Shown here piece after piece: positions 13,554 through 27,366 of a stretch of 64,000 nt of DNA. The stretch lies in assembly GCA_012295275.1 (NCBI GenBank), contig CM022670.1, forward strand, positions 33,046,001 to 33,110,000, in the 5' to 3' direction. Position 1 is the first letter of the stretch; each line of letters begins with the position of its first letter. A model generated the notes under the pieces. It searched no databases. It saw only the letters and a program-made list of their open reading frames with translations, and had not been told where the DNA came from. The position numbers and the translations under genes are program-made. Origin of the DNA: Chrysomallon squamiferum. Its lineage: Eukaryota > Animalia > Mollusca.

Positions 13554-14872
13554 GACAAAATTGTAAAAAAATAATAATAATATTGTCAGTTTCTATAGTA
13601 CCATCGCAAATTCCTTCTATCCTACTACTTCTTTCAATTACATTTGCTTCAGTAAGTACTCACCTAAACATCTTGAAATAAAAATCTAGATGCATCATTA
13701 GTTCCGACATTTATTGATCGCGAAAGGTTTCTTTTGGTTGTGATGTCAAGTCCAAACTGATATAGGCACCTGCACGTAATTTTCTATGTAGTCTAAAGGG
13801 TCATTTTGCTCCCTTGTCGCTGTTTCTCACACTGATCCAGACTGCAAGGGACTCTTGGGCAATTCTTCGCAGCTTCATTGATTTTGTTTTACTATAGATA
13901 GTGGTATACTGATTCTTTTTACATGATGACGTGCTTAAATTTAAAAGCCCCATTTGGACTGCAAGCGGCAGATAGCGGTGAATAATTGATTGGGGTCTTC
14001 GTGTAGATAGAAAGGTACATTTCTAATCACTGTATTAACCAAGTTCTTTATCTACATCTTCTGCAGCACCAAGCAATAACATGAACTTAACTTTAATACA
14101 AGTCAAGCTTCTCACGTAATGCCTCCAATAGGTTCTTGAATACAAATGTGATTCTTCTGCCAAGTCTTAAATACTGTGCATTAATTATACGTTTACTATC
14201 ACCGAGACTCAACAACACCTATGTCAGATTATCAGATCTGTTTCAATTTTGGTACAAAGAATTTATAACAAGTATAATCATTGGATGGCGTGAGATACGC
14301 GATTATTGTGACGCTTGGATTATTCCTACCAGACACCATTATTGTGATTCCTAAATTATTCTTAGCAGACACTATCATTAAGATGCCTTAGTTATTCTTA
14401 CCAAACTCGATTATTTTACAATTCTGTGAGTTATTCTCACCATTTACAGTTAATCTGTTTGTTAATAGAAAAACACACGACAAGCAAATGATTCAGCGAT
14501 CATAGAACTTTGGATGGAACAATAAAATAACTCATCAAACCTCCGAAGAAGAATGATGCATTAATAAGTGGAAAAAATTCAAGATTAATAAAAAAGACCG
14601 AGTGATCCAAACATTTTGAATTATTTTATGTGAAGTAGTGGTATAACACACTGATAAGTAACAACATCAGTTCAGTTTAGCCATTCCATCTTAAACACTG
14701 AACAGAATGCAAAATACCAATCAAAGACATTCAGTAGAACTCCTGTCATGAAGAAAATAATTTGACAAGGCAGTGATTGAGTATGTGGACTATAGATACC
14801 TGGATAATATCTCTCTGGCCTAAATATACGTATGTGCGTATGGGTATTTCTGCATTTGTAGATATTATGTGT

Positions 14873-15445
14873 AAGTGATAGAGAAAGAGACAGTTTTGCA
14901 TATTGACAGACAGAGAAAGACAGTTTTTGTATACTGATAGAGAGAGAGACAGTTTTGTATACTGACAGACAGAGACACTGACAGAGAGAGACTTTTGTAT
15001 ACTGACAGAGAGAGACAGACAGACTGAGAGACAGTTTGTGTATACTGACAGAGAGACAGTTTGTGTATACTGACAGACAGAGAGAGACAGTTTGTGTATA
15101 CTGACAGAGAGAGAGTTTTTGAATACTGACAGAGAGAGAGACAGTTAGTGTATACTGACAGAGAGACAGTTTTTGTATACTGACAGAGAGAGACAGTTAG
15201 TGTATACTGACAGAGAGAGACAGTTAGTGTATACTGACAGACAGAGAGAGAGACAGTTTTTGTATAGTGACAGAGAGAGACAGTTAGTGTATACTGACAG
15301 ACAGAGAGAGAGACAGTTTTTGTATACTGACAGAGAGAGAGACAGTTTTTGTATACTGACAGAGAGAGACAGTTAGTGTATACTGACAGAGAGAGACAGT
15401 TAGTGTATACTGACAGACAGAGAGAGAGACAGTTTTTTATAGTGA
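14873..15445. repeat. Minisatellite, about 22-28 bp unit GACAGTT(AG/TT)TGTATACTGACAG(ACAG)AGAGA
   Basis: Roughly 20 tandem copies with variable AG/ACAG spacers. Confidence 0.92.
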
Positions 15446-16162
15446 GGTTTCAGTCGAGGACAGTAGCTGAAGGCTCGGATGGATGTCTCTGAGATTGAAA
15501 ACATGAACTGTTATTATCTAAATAATATGTTTTCATATAACTAAATCTTCTTATCTCAGAAAGGAAAATCGTGAAGGGGTAAGTCTGGCGAACAGACATT
15601 TAAATGCTTTTACGTCAAAACTTAAAGAAGATAATACATTTGACCAAAAAAAGCAAAAGGAAAAGAAATCTGAATTATTATAATCTAGGACACTGGTAGT
15701 ATAATCCCCTGATAGCAATATATTTTTTTCGGAAAGCAGAGATATGACTTTTGATTATAGTGTTCGTCTGCGATTCTTATGTTATTATCTCTACCACTCC
15801 GCTGCATAGTTGAGATTTTAAGCTATTTTCTAATATAATTAATCTTGAACATCCAGTGATGTTTTTATCCCAGTATTAGCTTCCGTGTTCATGGATTAAT
15901 TCATAGACGAAATCAATATCTTCATGGAAGTGAAGGCTACCTATAGCAACATCTAATGAAATTAAATGAATGATTATTTTACACAGTCCTTTTAATAAAC
16001 GAATTTCAAAATAGATATTTTGGATCGGTTTATTTTCATATATTTTTTTGTAATGGAAATCAGAAATAAACGAATTATTATGTAATTTGGCATTTTATTT
16101 AAACTACTTTCATAGACTTTCAATCTTATATTTGCATTCAGATATAAATAAATATTCGTATT

Positions 16163-16325
16163 GAGTAATTTGATATAATGGTTACTGTAGTTGTAATTTG
16201 ATGTAATGATTGTTGTAGTAGTAATTTGATGTAATAATGGTGGTTGTAGTTATAATTTGATGTAAAGGTTGTTCTAGTAATAATTCGATGTAACGGTTGT
16301 TGTAGTAGTAATTGCAGTATGTTTA
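16163..16325. repeat. Degenerate about 30 bp minisatellite (GTAATTTGATGTAATGGTTGTTGTAGTA)
   Basis: 5-6 diverged tandem copies. Confidence 0.75.
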
Positions 16326-16449
16326 ATAGTAGTATTAGTAGTCCTTTTTATACTTGTATAAAGTCAGTTTCATTTACTACTATCACCATTACCACCACCT
16401 ACTACTATTATTACTGCCACCACAAAAAAAAAAAACTTTCATTATTATT

Positions 16450-16493
<44 letters not shown>

Positions 16494-17079
16494 AATCTTC
16501 ATCATAGAAAATATAACCACCAAATTCACCATCATCATTTTAAAAATAAATTATCCGATTTGACAATAAATACACATTACATAATCTGTCACCTTTGCTA
16601 ACGTCAACGCTTTCATCGAAAGCCGACCAGACTGCAAAACTCTTGGTTAGGTTCTTGCGTGGAAGCTGAAGTGGTCTTTATTAAAGGCACCGTGTCCTGT
16701 CTTGGCAAAAACATCTTGACAACCTGGTGTTGATCTCCCGCATTGACTGGGCTTGATCGGCCTCTCATAGACACTTAACCCAGCAAACAAATGAAGTGCC
16801 AGCCAATTTGTGGACAATAGTTAGGATTCTCGGGTCGCGTCGACTCTTGTGAACAGGAATATCTGTTGCGGCAAGATGACTTCGCTGTTGAGATACGAGA
16901 TGGACAGTAATATTAAACAGAAGTGTATGTCAGGTTATTTCAGGCACCGACTAAAAATAACACTGATGCTGTCGCTGCTAATGTTATTACATTACCACTC
17001 GTGTTCCTTCTGTTAGTTATTGTTGCATTGCCTTTGATACCATTATTACCAATGTGAAGACATCACTTAGAACTATAGC

Positions 17080-17385
17080 TACTTTTACTACTACTGTTAC
17101 TTCTATTACTAGAAATTACTACTACTACTACTACTACTAATAATAATAATAATAATTGCTACTGCTGCTACTACTACTACTACTACTAATAATGTTATTG
17201 TTATTGCTGCTGGTATTCCTACTACTATTATTACTACTACAACTACTACTACTAAATTTAACAATAATGTTTTACTACTGCTACTGCCACTGCTACTTCT
17301 ACTGCTACTACTATTATCATACTACTAATGTTATTGCTACTGTTACCACTGCTGCTACAATTATCGTAATCGTAGTATTATTATG
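17080..17385. repeat. Degenerate (CTA/CTG/AAT)n low-complexity tract
   Basis: Mixed trinucleotide repeats. Confidence 0.85.
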
Positions 17386-20300
17386 CTGTGGATATTTTTC
17401 ACCTGTATTCACTATAAGGATTAACTTTTATCACTACTACAGCAACTAATATTTCTGCTTTTCCTCCTATCAGTGATGCCTCCAGCTTTTGAATGTGTTA
17501 ATTTAACATATTAATATATAAAACAAGCAAGCTGAAGTAAACTGAAGTTTTTAGCCATCATGGTGTCTCTTTTTATTGCATCTTTTTATAGGATATTTTT
17601 CTAATTCATTTGTATTATCATATCACCGAACTTCAGTTTCACTGATCTGTATGACAGCTGCATATGAAGATATATTAGAACTATTCCTTTTTCAGTTGTA
17701 GAGATTTATATGCCAGAGTAACACAATTTAAAAAAAAAATAAAAACTTTCTTGACCGACTAATTAAACAAATTATTTGCAATGATTAATTTAGCTTATAA
17801 CGTGTGTACATATAAACGAAAAGCTTGGTCCGTCGTTTAGGTAATTGTTTCATTTATTTGAATTGATTTAGTTCGATTTACTAATCCAAAATTTCGTTTT
17901 CATTTATCAAAGGTGGCGACTGCCAATTACACGTTACACTCGCAGCCACTCCATCAGCGCTTACAGCAACATCGCCATCTTGTTCAAATATAATTTTGAT
18001 TTCGCCAAGAGTGGACGATAGTGTTTGCGTTGCGCGCCCAGCATAAACAATAGAACTGACAGGTTAACGATTTTGGCTGTAGCTGGCGATCACCTGGTGT
18101 TTGTCACGACGAAGACTTCAATTGCGAGACGGTCATGTCTTGGCTCAGAAGTGGATTGTGTCTTTGAGATGTGATAAACAATAATTATAGGACAGCTCCT
18201 CCGAGGTGCAGATTTTATATAGGGGAGAACAAAACGTTTCGGGAACAATGACAAATAATTCGACACTTCATCTGTCTCTGTCTGTCTGTCTCTCTCGCTC
18301 TCACTCTGTATGTATATATGCATGTGTGTGTGTGTGTTGGTACTTATTTTGCATGTGTATATGTGTACATGTATGCATATTTAATTTCAAAATAATCAGT
18401 TAACTTCAAATTCGATGATAAAATAATAACAAATTCATTAGTAAAGTATCTTTAATTTGATACAACAAAAAACATGGAAGACAAATAATCGTATCAAACA
18501 GTAGGATTCGTTACAGTTTGAACTTGGTTGACATTATGTGTATATATATATATATATGTATATATATATGGTTATTATCAAAAGCACTAAAGAGTGAGCA
18601 TCTTCTTTTCTGTGTGTCGCTTTGTGACAACATATCCAATTCTCTACTTTGCGTTTTGACAGTCGCAGAACTCCGTTTAACCACTGGATCAATTCCATTA
18701 CGTAAGATTTCGATAAATCCAAAAATAACCCTCGCTTTACGTACAGTCTGAGATGGCCGACTAATGTGACATGCACAAAAATCATTCATTGCGCTTGTAT
18801 TAAGAGAACCCATACATCAACACGTTCAGTTTATCCGAGTAATAGAAATAACCAAGTCGTGACACGAGTCACGATATCACTAATCAAATTAACATTGTAG
18901 TGTTCAGTGTTAAATCTTAACGATGAAAATGTAATTAAGGACGTACATCAAATATGCAGCAGTAATAATTGTTGGTTAAGTATTAAGTAAATTAAATGGT
19001 TGTTGAGGAACATTACACTGGATTACATTAAAATACAGTAACTTTTCACCATCAGTTAATTGCATTATTATTATTTAGCTTCGTAAGTCTTAACAGTTTT
19101 CTATTTTTTATTATGTTGATGTAGATAAATAGATAGATAGATGGATAGATAAGATTAGATAGAAAGAAAGATAGATATACAGACAGACAGACAGACAGGT
19201 AGATAGACAGACAGACAGACACACAGACAAATTAATAGGTAAAATTTAAAACAATTACCATCAGTTTATTCAAATAGAAAAATTAACAAATATTAAAACT
19301 GTAAGTTTAAAAAAAAATCACTGGATTACTTTTATGTGTCTTTGTAATTATAACAGAAATTAAAGAGGACTGTTGCATTATTGATTCCTGAACCATTCTT
19401 GCAGAACAAAATATAGGATATGGCATTTATCAGTCAGGGAGACTGGATGTTATTGGTTACAATAATAATAATAATAATAATAATACTGAGATCATATTTT
19501 CAAAATTGTCAGTGCACATACAGTATTTTAATACTGTTTTTAGCCATCTGAAACACATCTCTCTATATTTTCCGTTTCACCCTATGAATTCTTAACAACA
19601 CAGTATCATTTCAAGTGCTCTATAGATTTATATATAAAAAACCTCCTGAGAATAAGTTGGATGTGTCCTGCCCAATGCTTCCACTAAGCTTATTATTATA
19701 ATGCAGCTACTATCAAATCAATGGGAAGGTGAATATAATAGATCCTTGCAGCTAATTGATTGAATTAACCCATGGATTTAGGGAACTGGTTTCCTTGTTC
19801 ATTATCATTATTCAAGAACTGAATGATACCTAACAATCGTTAATATTAAAATATAATGAGGCATTTTCAAAACAACTATCTATTCATATTTTCTGTGGGA
19901 AGATACACATAAAATACTTTTACTGCTAGTCGACTGGACTAGCACAAAGAGGAACATATTTCTGTTTTTGTACTATCATTTTTTTAAAAATAGCAAAATG
20001 AATATTATTCAGTCTTCTCTATGTTTCTTTCTCTCTGTAGATAAAAGTCCCCCCCCCGTTTATTATTACTATTTATTTGATTGTTATTGTCTACATATGT
20101 TTTTATATGTTTTTAATCAATAAGGTGTACTTAGATAATATTAAAACATATTCAAACCGATATTCATTTATCCATTTCTTACTAATACACGTAACAGAAT
20201 GTAAAAGAATCGCTGAAACCAAGGAAAGCAGTTCTGTAGTCAGTGAAAATGAGAGTTCAGTGTAAAAACGTGTAATTATGAATTAAACAAACCACGAGCG

Positions 20301-20821
20301 AGCTGTGCAGTGTGGCAGTCTATTGACAAACATATTTGCAGCTATCACTTTATTTAAATATGCAAGATGTAATATTAATATTGTGCAACGTAAAGCGAGT
20401 ATCTGCTAGTGATATTGATCACCACAGCAGTTTGCAAATGTTTACATAATAGAGATATGGGCATTCCTGAAGAGATTTTAATTATCTGCAACATTTTTAT
20501 CGGCAGTTACGAATTAGAATAGAATTCGTAATTTAGATTAAACGAATGTGTGTATTTTGGGTTACATGATTTAATATTTTTTTTTTTTTTAATTGGAAAC
20601 AATATTATTATGATTTTGCACTTTTAATGTACCGTATTAGAGTACACGTCTGAAATCTTTAGTCATCACATTTAAATAATTCAATAAAATGTTTTATATT
20701 TACTCCCTGATAACAATATACATTATTTGTTTATTTGTTTTATTATTTAATTAATTATTTAATTAATTAATTTTGTTTTGTTTGTTTGTTTATTTGTTGT
20801 TGTTGTTGTTTTTTGTTTTTT

Positions 20822-21290
20822 TACATTGACAATGACTTTATTCTCATAAACTGTAGATTACAGTACAGAGAAGAATGTTTTACAGCTATATAATAACAAA
20901 ATTAAAATGCATATACTCTCTCACATATAATTCTTATTAACAAACTTAGCTTTTTTAATAGAAATATATTCTTACTGTTAAACAAATTATTATATGAAAT
21001 TACATTTGGATGTCTCCTATATTTATCTGGTTTACCTTTTCTCGCATTTAATAATATAGGATCATTGCATTCAAATATATAATGATTTTCATCTCCAGTT
21101 TTGTTAAGATTACAGATATGACATTTTCTGTTTTCTCTTAAAATATTAGACCATCGTCCAGTTTCAATAGGAAGTTTAGCATTCGCGGTTCTAATTTTAC
21201 ATAAGAGATTAGCATTCTTTTGAGACAGCAAAGTAACATAGTTTTATAATTTCAGTTCATTTTTAAAAAATTTAGAATTAATACCCTTTG
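20822..21290 (-). mobile_element. 5'-truncated, decayed non-LTR retrotransposon 3' end (ORF2 C-terminal CCHC region; RTE-X/Crack-like)
   Basis: Peptide KLPIETGRW..R.CHIC....GDENHYIFEC is a typical LINE ORF2 C-terminal zinc knuckle; the upstream frame has an in-frame stop; followed by AATAAA plus a GTCATTGTCAATG tandem tail. Confidence 0.8.
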
Positions 21291-21547
21291 TTGGTTGGTT
21301 GTTTTTTTCGCTGGTTTGTTTATTTATTTAGTCAGTGGCGATGACAAGAAATCCATTACTAATTAGATCCGACTGAATCCATAATAACTATGGAGGGTTT
21401 CATGTAATATATGTTTGATTAGTTTTTGCGGAGAGTAGAGAAAAATAGCACGTATATCATATTCATTAAATTAAACTTAAAATGTCTTCAGGAATTATTC
21501 AACAGTACATTTCCTTCATTTTTTTATTATTTTTTTTTTTATCAACT

Positions 21548-21579
<32 letters not shown>

Positions 21580-22155
21580 AGTATAACACCTAAATGCATA
21601 ACGTTCAGAAATAAAATTTTATTCTCTTTTTTAGCTTCTGCAATGAATTAAATTAAATAAATAATGTGAAACGTATTAAATATATCACATCGCTAAATGT
21701 AAATTATACATTTTTTTTTTCAAATACTTTAACCGCATATTTCGTTCATTTCGATAAACATTAGGTCCTCCTCATAAGAAAGATAAATGAACGTTTATCT
21801 TTTCGCCTGTTGAAGGAAACGAATTAAACTATGCAGCGTGAAAAACACGATAAATCTATTCTGTTTCCTTGTCCACCACAACATATGTACACATTTATTT
21901 GCTGAATAACTTTCTGTCCAATATGCCAACGTAAGCCAATATCACTGCATTCAACACTGTTTGATAATTACAGAGTAGGTTAATATTGTTAGCTACTGCT
22001 AGATCAAAGAAATCTATTGAATTATTAAAAGATTGAATCTAACGACTGACCGATTTATAGAAAGCAATTTCTTAGAACGAGTCTTTGGGAACATACCGTT
22101 GTATCTAATAGCTGTGTTCATGAAATAGGTCTTTTTTTCTTCTACTTCTTCTTCT

Positions 22156-22189
<34 letters not shown>

Positions 22190-22641
22190 CCGGGCTATAA
22201 AAATCTCAGCTCTGTCTTCTCTGATCGATGTTTTGCAATACAGGATTGTACAGACATGCTATTGCTAGAGCGAAAATTTTCAGTCCTGTTCTTTTGTAAT
22301 AAACTGAATAAAAAGAGAAGGGAAAAAAACAACATATTGTTTGTTTAAAGAAGCATTCAGAATGGACATGGTGTTTCCTATCACAGAACGTATTAGAGGA
22401 GTAAAGCGATATCTTCATTAATGGAATGTATTTACAGCAAGAAGAAGAAGAAAAAAAATCACGTTTTATTTTGCGTGCAGCTAGCGATAACGAGCCGCAG
22501 AGTACAATTCGTTCTAGGAAGTTATCATTTAAATAGCATTTGGTGATTAATCAGTCAGTGCGTTTTAATACCCACACCTTGCAGTTTGGCAAGAGTGTCT
22601 TGCAGTCTGCGTAGAAATACGTTGAAGAATTTTATTTGTTC

Positions 22642-22691
<50 letters not shown>

Positions 22692-24030
22692 TTCATGGTA
22701 ATTTACACATACACACACACATACACACACACACACAAACATTAATCTTTAGTTTTGTTTTTAACTTTAACGATAATGATTGTTATTATTATCATCACCA
22801 GAATATTAACATTAATATTTGATTACACAATGCACTGTAGTTTATTCAAACAGTATGTGTGTGCATAGGATACACTGCAGTTTTATTCTGACCACAGTCG
22901 TGGTGATGAATAAACAGAGCACCGAGTACATCTATTCTTTAACATTTTGAGTTTTACCTATACAATGCGAATATATCAAGCAGTATGAGAATTAGAAAAA
23001 GCTGCGGTGTGTTACAGTATGCATTTTTCATGCGGAAGCTGTGGAGAGAATCTGGAGGGCATTGTAGCTGCCTGTTACAGATGGATTTTCTGCTTAGCAA
23101 CCTGCACGAAAGAAAACCATAAGACTTGGAATTCTTGAAGCTGACAGCAGTTCGGATTGATTTTCCAATAGAAAGAGATTACATATCTATATGTCTGAGA
23201 AGACGTCCCCAAGGCACCATTTCTTCTGTGTCTTAACTGTAAATCCAGTACATTGGGGCAAATAATGAGTTTATGGAGTAATAATGGCCGACGCTACCAC
23301 TGTAGCAGGGTGATAAACTTCCAACTGGAAGGCCAGCTTATCGATTCGTTTTTTGAGACCTCTTTTCTTATGTCCGTGGCCAGCTGGACCTCGGATGATT
23401 GGTCGTTTGTCATTACCTTCGTTAATGATGATTAGCTGTTGATGTCCACTAACAAAACGACCACTGACCACAAACACATTCATCGCTCACAAGAGACAAA
23501 TATAAACCGAAAGAAGACGGAAAGAAAATGTTGTCACGTTCAGCACAATTTAAACTCATACACACAGATTAGAGGCAAAAATGTCGTTGTCGTAAGGATT
23601 AGTAGCAAGTTAGGGTTTATATGCATTGTACCTTCTAGTTATGTAGGCCTCTGCATTAGATATGGAGCACATGGTGGAATAGGAAATAATTCAGTGGGCT
23701 ATGTGCAAAAACATATAAATGATTAATATTTTAAATATTTGTTAAAAATGAAAGAAAGAAAGTTTTTATTTGTTGTGTGTATTTGTCTCAATATAATTTT
23801 ATCTACATTTGTGACTACAAATATTTATGCTTTCTTCTCTGTTTACACTTTCGGTAGTTTATTTAACGCGATAACAATCATTCGATCCCAGACATTCACA
23901 AAAGGCGATCTGTCAAACTTGCAGAATCCATTAATCATATTCAACTGTATATGCTCATCTGAAAACAGTATTTGAAAATAATTACAACAGCTACACACTC
24001 GGCATATTTACACGGTTATTCTCGGTGTTA

Positions 24031-24125
24031 TGACGTCATGTTCTGTGAATTATCGACCAGTGAGCGAGTGGGCGGGCAGTCGCAGACGCGAGATCCGTCA
24101 CCAGTTCATCGCGTCAGAGTTAGAA
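24031..24125 (+). promoter_or_regulatory. Candidate promoter/enhancer with CRE and GC box
   Basis: TGACGTCA at 24031-24038, GGGCGGG near 24070, CpG-dense island in AT-rich background. Confidence 0.35.
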
Positions 24126-24543
24126 CGGATAGAGCAAAAAAACAAAAAAAAAACACCTCAAAGTACAATTTTTCGTTGATGAAGAAATTACTCTAATTGA
24201 TTCCCAGGCACAGCTTTTTCAAGCTGTCTTTCTTCTCGTTGTATCAGCTGCCTGTCTTTTATTTCTGTTCACATCCGAATTCGAAATGTCAGTTCGTGGT
24301 TTGTGTAACAGTGCTGTATTTATAGGCGTCGTATGAAAATACGTTATGGCGTCACTGAGTTAAATGAGCAAGTCAGCAGTTTGCCATTAGGCTATGAAGT
24401 GCTAATATTTTCTGAAAAGATATCGTCTTCTTCTTCTGTTTTCTTTTCTTTTTTGATTTGATTTGTTTGTTTTGTTTTGTTTGTTTGTTGGTTTGTTTTT
24501 GCTGTTGTTTAATTAAAATCTATAAACAACATATCAGACTTAA

Positions 24544-24583
<40 letters not shown>

Positions 24584-24681
24584 TGAAATATCAATAGTCA
24601 AAATGCAGCTTCAAGTGAAAGATAATTGGAATTCAGATAGATCAATTTGTCTGCCCAGAATAGCAAACAAGAATCTCTTTT

Positions 24682-24724
<43 letters not shown>

Positions 24725-26950
24725 GAAATGAAATTAATATTACATTTCTAAAAATATAACTAAGATGGTTGTTAGAATTTCATCTAAGAAATTAAAAACA
24801 TTACATCTGTAAAATAAATAAATAAATAAATAAATAAATAAAATAAAATAAAATAAAATAAAATAAAATAAAATAAATAAATAAATAAACAGACAGTAAA
24901 AAAAATGGAAATGGAAATGCTTGATTTTCCCATTTGATTATGTCACTAGAATTAATGTGCTTACAAAACACCAAAGGTATAAATCTTCGATAACATTTTC
25001 TTTTTCTTTTCTTTCTTTCTTTTTTTTTTAATTTTATCATTTTAAGTCTGTCTTTTAGAAAACGCGCGCGCTGCTACGATCAATAAGAAAAAGAATCTAA
25101 ATTTGGGTCGTTTTTGTTGTTGTTGTTTCTATCGTTTTTTCTCTAGCCACCAAAAATTATAAACGCATTTTATTATTCTGATTCGACTTTTATACAGTAA
25201 ATATCGACACACATATATATGTGCTTTGTATGAAGTGCAGTGGTAAAAATAAAGCGTGGGATGAGATGCTGGTTCAATAGAAAAATCTATTCCTTTCGAA
25301 AACGAATCGACGTAAAGCGCTCGTGGGAAAACGTCTGCGCAGCCTACTCGCAAAACGTGGCCACGTTTGTGAAGAGCTGTGAGATTTAAATGGTGTTAGG
25401 CTTCTCGCTTTGAATTCTTTTGGAGTTTCCATAATTGCATCATGGAAGTTGTCGGTAGGCGATTTAGAATCCCAAAAGGGTTTTTAATTTTTATTTTCTT
25501 CTTGATTAATATTTGTACATTACAAACAATCATTAGTTATTGAGTGTGTCTGTGGGTGTATATATATGTGTGTGTGTGTATGTAGGTATGTGTGCATGAA
25601 TGTTATGTGTATGTTGTATATATGTATTATGATAACATGTGTGTATATTGTACATATTTGTATTTGCGCTTATTTTCTTTTATCTCTTTTATTGAATTAA
25701 AATGGGACTCTTAGGTTAAGGTGTAGATTTGTCCCCAAAATTTATTAGATTTAAAAAAAGTGCCAATGAAAAATAATGGAAAAAATATGAGTACCTCGTC
25801 CGACTTTTATGACTCAATTACCACAACATCAAACGACGAGATCAAGCGATTACATAATTTATACACAAAACGGCACCATTCATATATAAAACTAATTAAG
25901 TTTTCGTTAACCTAAGCAGTATAAATAATGTTGTAAACTTGGTCCGTCTACTGAATTTGTAGAAGTCTAAGATCAGTTTTAGAATACATAGTTTTATACT
26001 GAAATGAAAAAAAAAAAGATTTTCTCTCAATCTTATTTATTTATGTACAGGTGTTTGTTTCTGTCTATTTATTTATTTGTTTGTTTGTTTTTATGAGGGT
26101 TTTTTTGGTTGATTTAGTTTTTTGACAGTTTTGTGATTTGGTTCTTGAATGGGTATTACACACACATACATACACACACACAGACACATACCCAGAAAGA
26201 GAGAGAGGTAGAGAGAATCTGATTTTACATTTAAAAAACAATGTTTTATAAATTTATTTACTGTTTCTTTTTAAATAATAATATAAAAATAAAACACCTG
26301 AAATGACATTGGTTTCGTCTGATCATCACCGATCTATAGATGTGCAATGCGATCTCATTTAAACAGTAATACAAAACCTGTGCAATTATTTAACAGCATC
26401 AGTTTTTTTATTTACACCGGCTCGGATAGATCTGTGACTGATTCTGTGTTCAAAGAAATCTATTACAGACAACACAGGTATGAATCAGTGCGATAATCAC
26501 GAAGATTTAACATCCACTGTTCTCAGCGAAGAATCTGTCGTGTCAGTAGTCAGTTTACATTTAACGACCACTAAAGAGACGAGAATGAAAGAGAGAGAAA
26601 AAATAACCAATTCAGTGACTCAAATTTCGATCACAGTCTTTGCGGCGGTGGAGGTTTTCTATTTAAACGTCTGATTTGCTCTGTAATTAATTTGTCCGTT
26701 TTGATAGATGAATGTGCTGCTTATAGGGTAAAGTCCGTGAACTAATTTGGAAGAGCGCATTCGAATGTAACTAAAATTGTCTCGTCTGAAACAGCAAGAA
26801 CATCATCACCCAGGAAATGTTGTCTGGCTACTCTAAGCACATAAAATAATTATTCGACTTCAAACTGTTGAGGTATACATGTAATGTGATATACCTAAAT
26901 GTACTTCGATGTATCGTTTAAATGAGTCTTTCCGAAGAGTGGTAAATCTT

Positions 26951-27225
26951 TCTGAGCGAGTGCCAGATTTTGAGTAATGTTTTAAAACTAAACAGTCTTA
27001 CACTGAGACATTGCAATTTTTATTTATTTAATTGTTTTTATTTTTAAATTTATTATTAGTAGTAGTAGTAGCAGCCGTAGTTGTAGTGTTGTTGGTGTTG
27101 GTTTTACGATAAATAATTCTGAGCGAGTCTGATTTTGAGTAATGATGTGTCTGGATACTGCATTGAGATATTTATTTATTTATTTTAATTGTTTTTATTT
27201 TAAAATTATTTGTTATTATTATTAT
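26951..27225. repeat. Local about 167 bp diverged direct duplication
   Basis: TCTGAGCGAGT..GATTTTGAGTAATG and the downstream AT-rich text occur at about 26951 and about 27118. Confidence 0.7.
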
Positions 27226-27311
27226 TGTTGTTGTTGTTTATAATGGCAACCAAAAACACTCATAAAACGCATATACAAAATAAAAATGTGAATAAAATTA
27301 TTATTAAAGAA

Positions 27312-27366
<55 letters not shown>

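Noticed and set aside
14873-15445. CRISPR-like array or repeat protein (ORF 15173-15376)
   Set aside because: No unique spacers and no cas genes; eukaryotic minisatellite
25442-25454. Tiny first exon MEVV G|GTAGGC
   Set aside because: Weak donor, phase 1 does not fit the adjacent PDZ exon, and no further support
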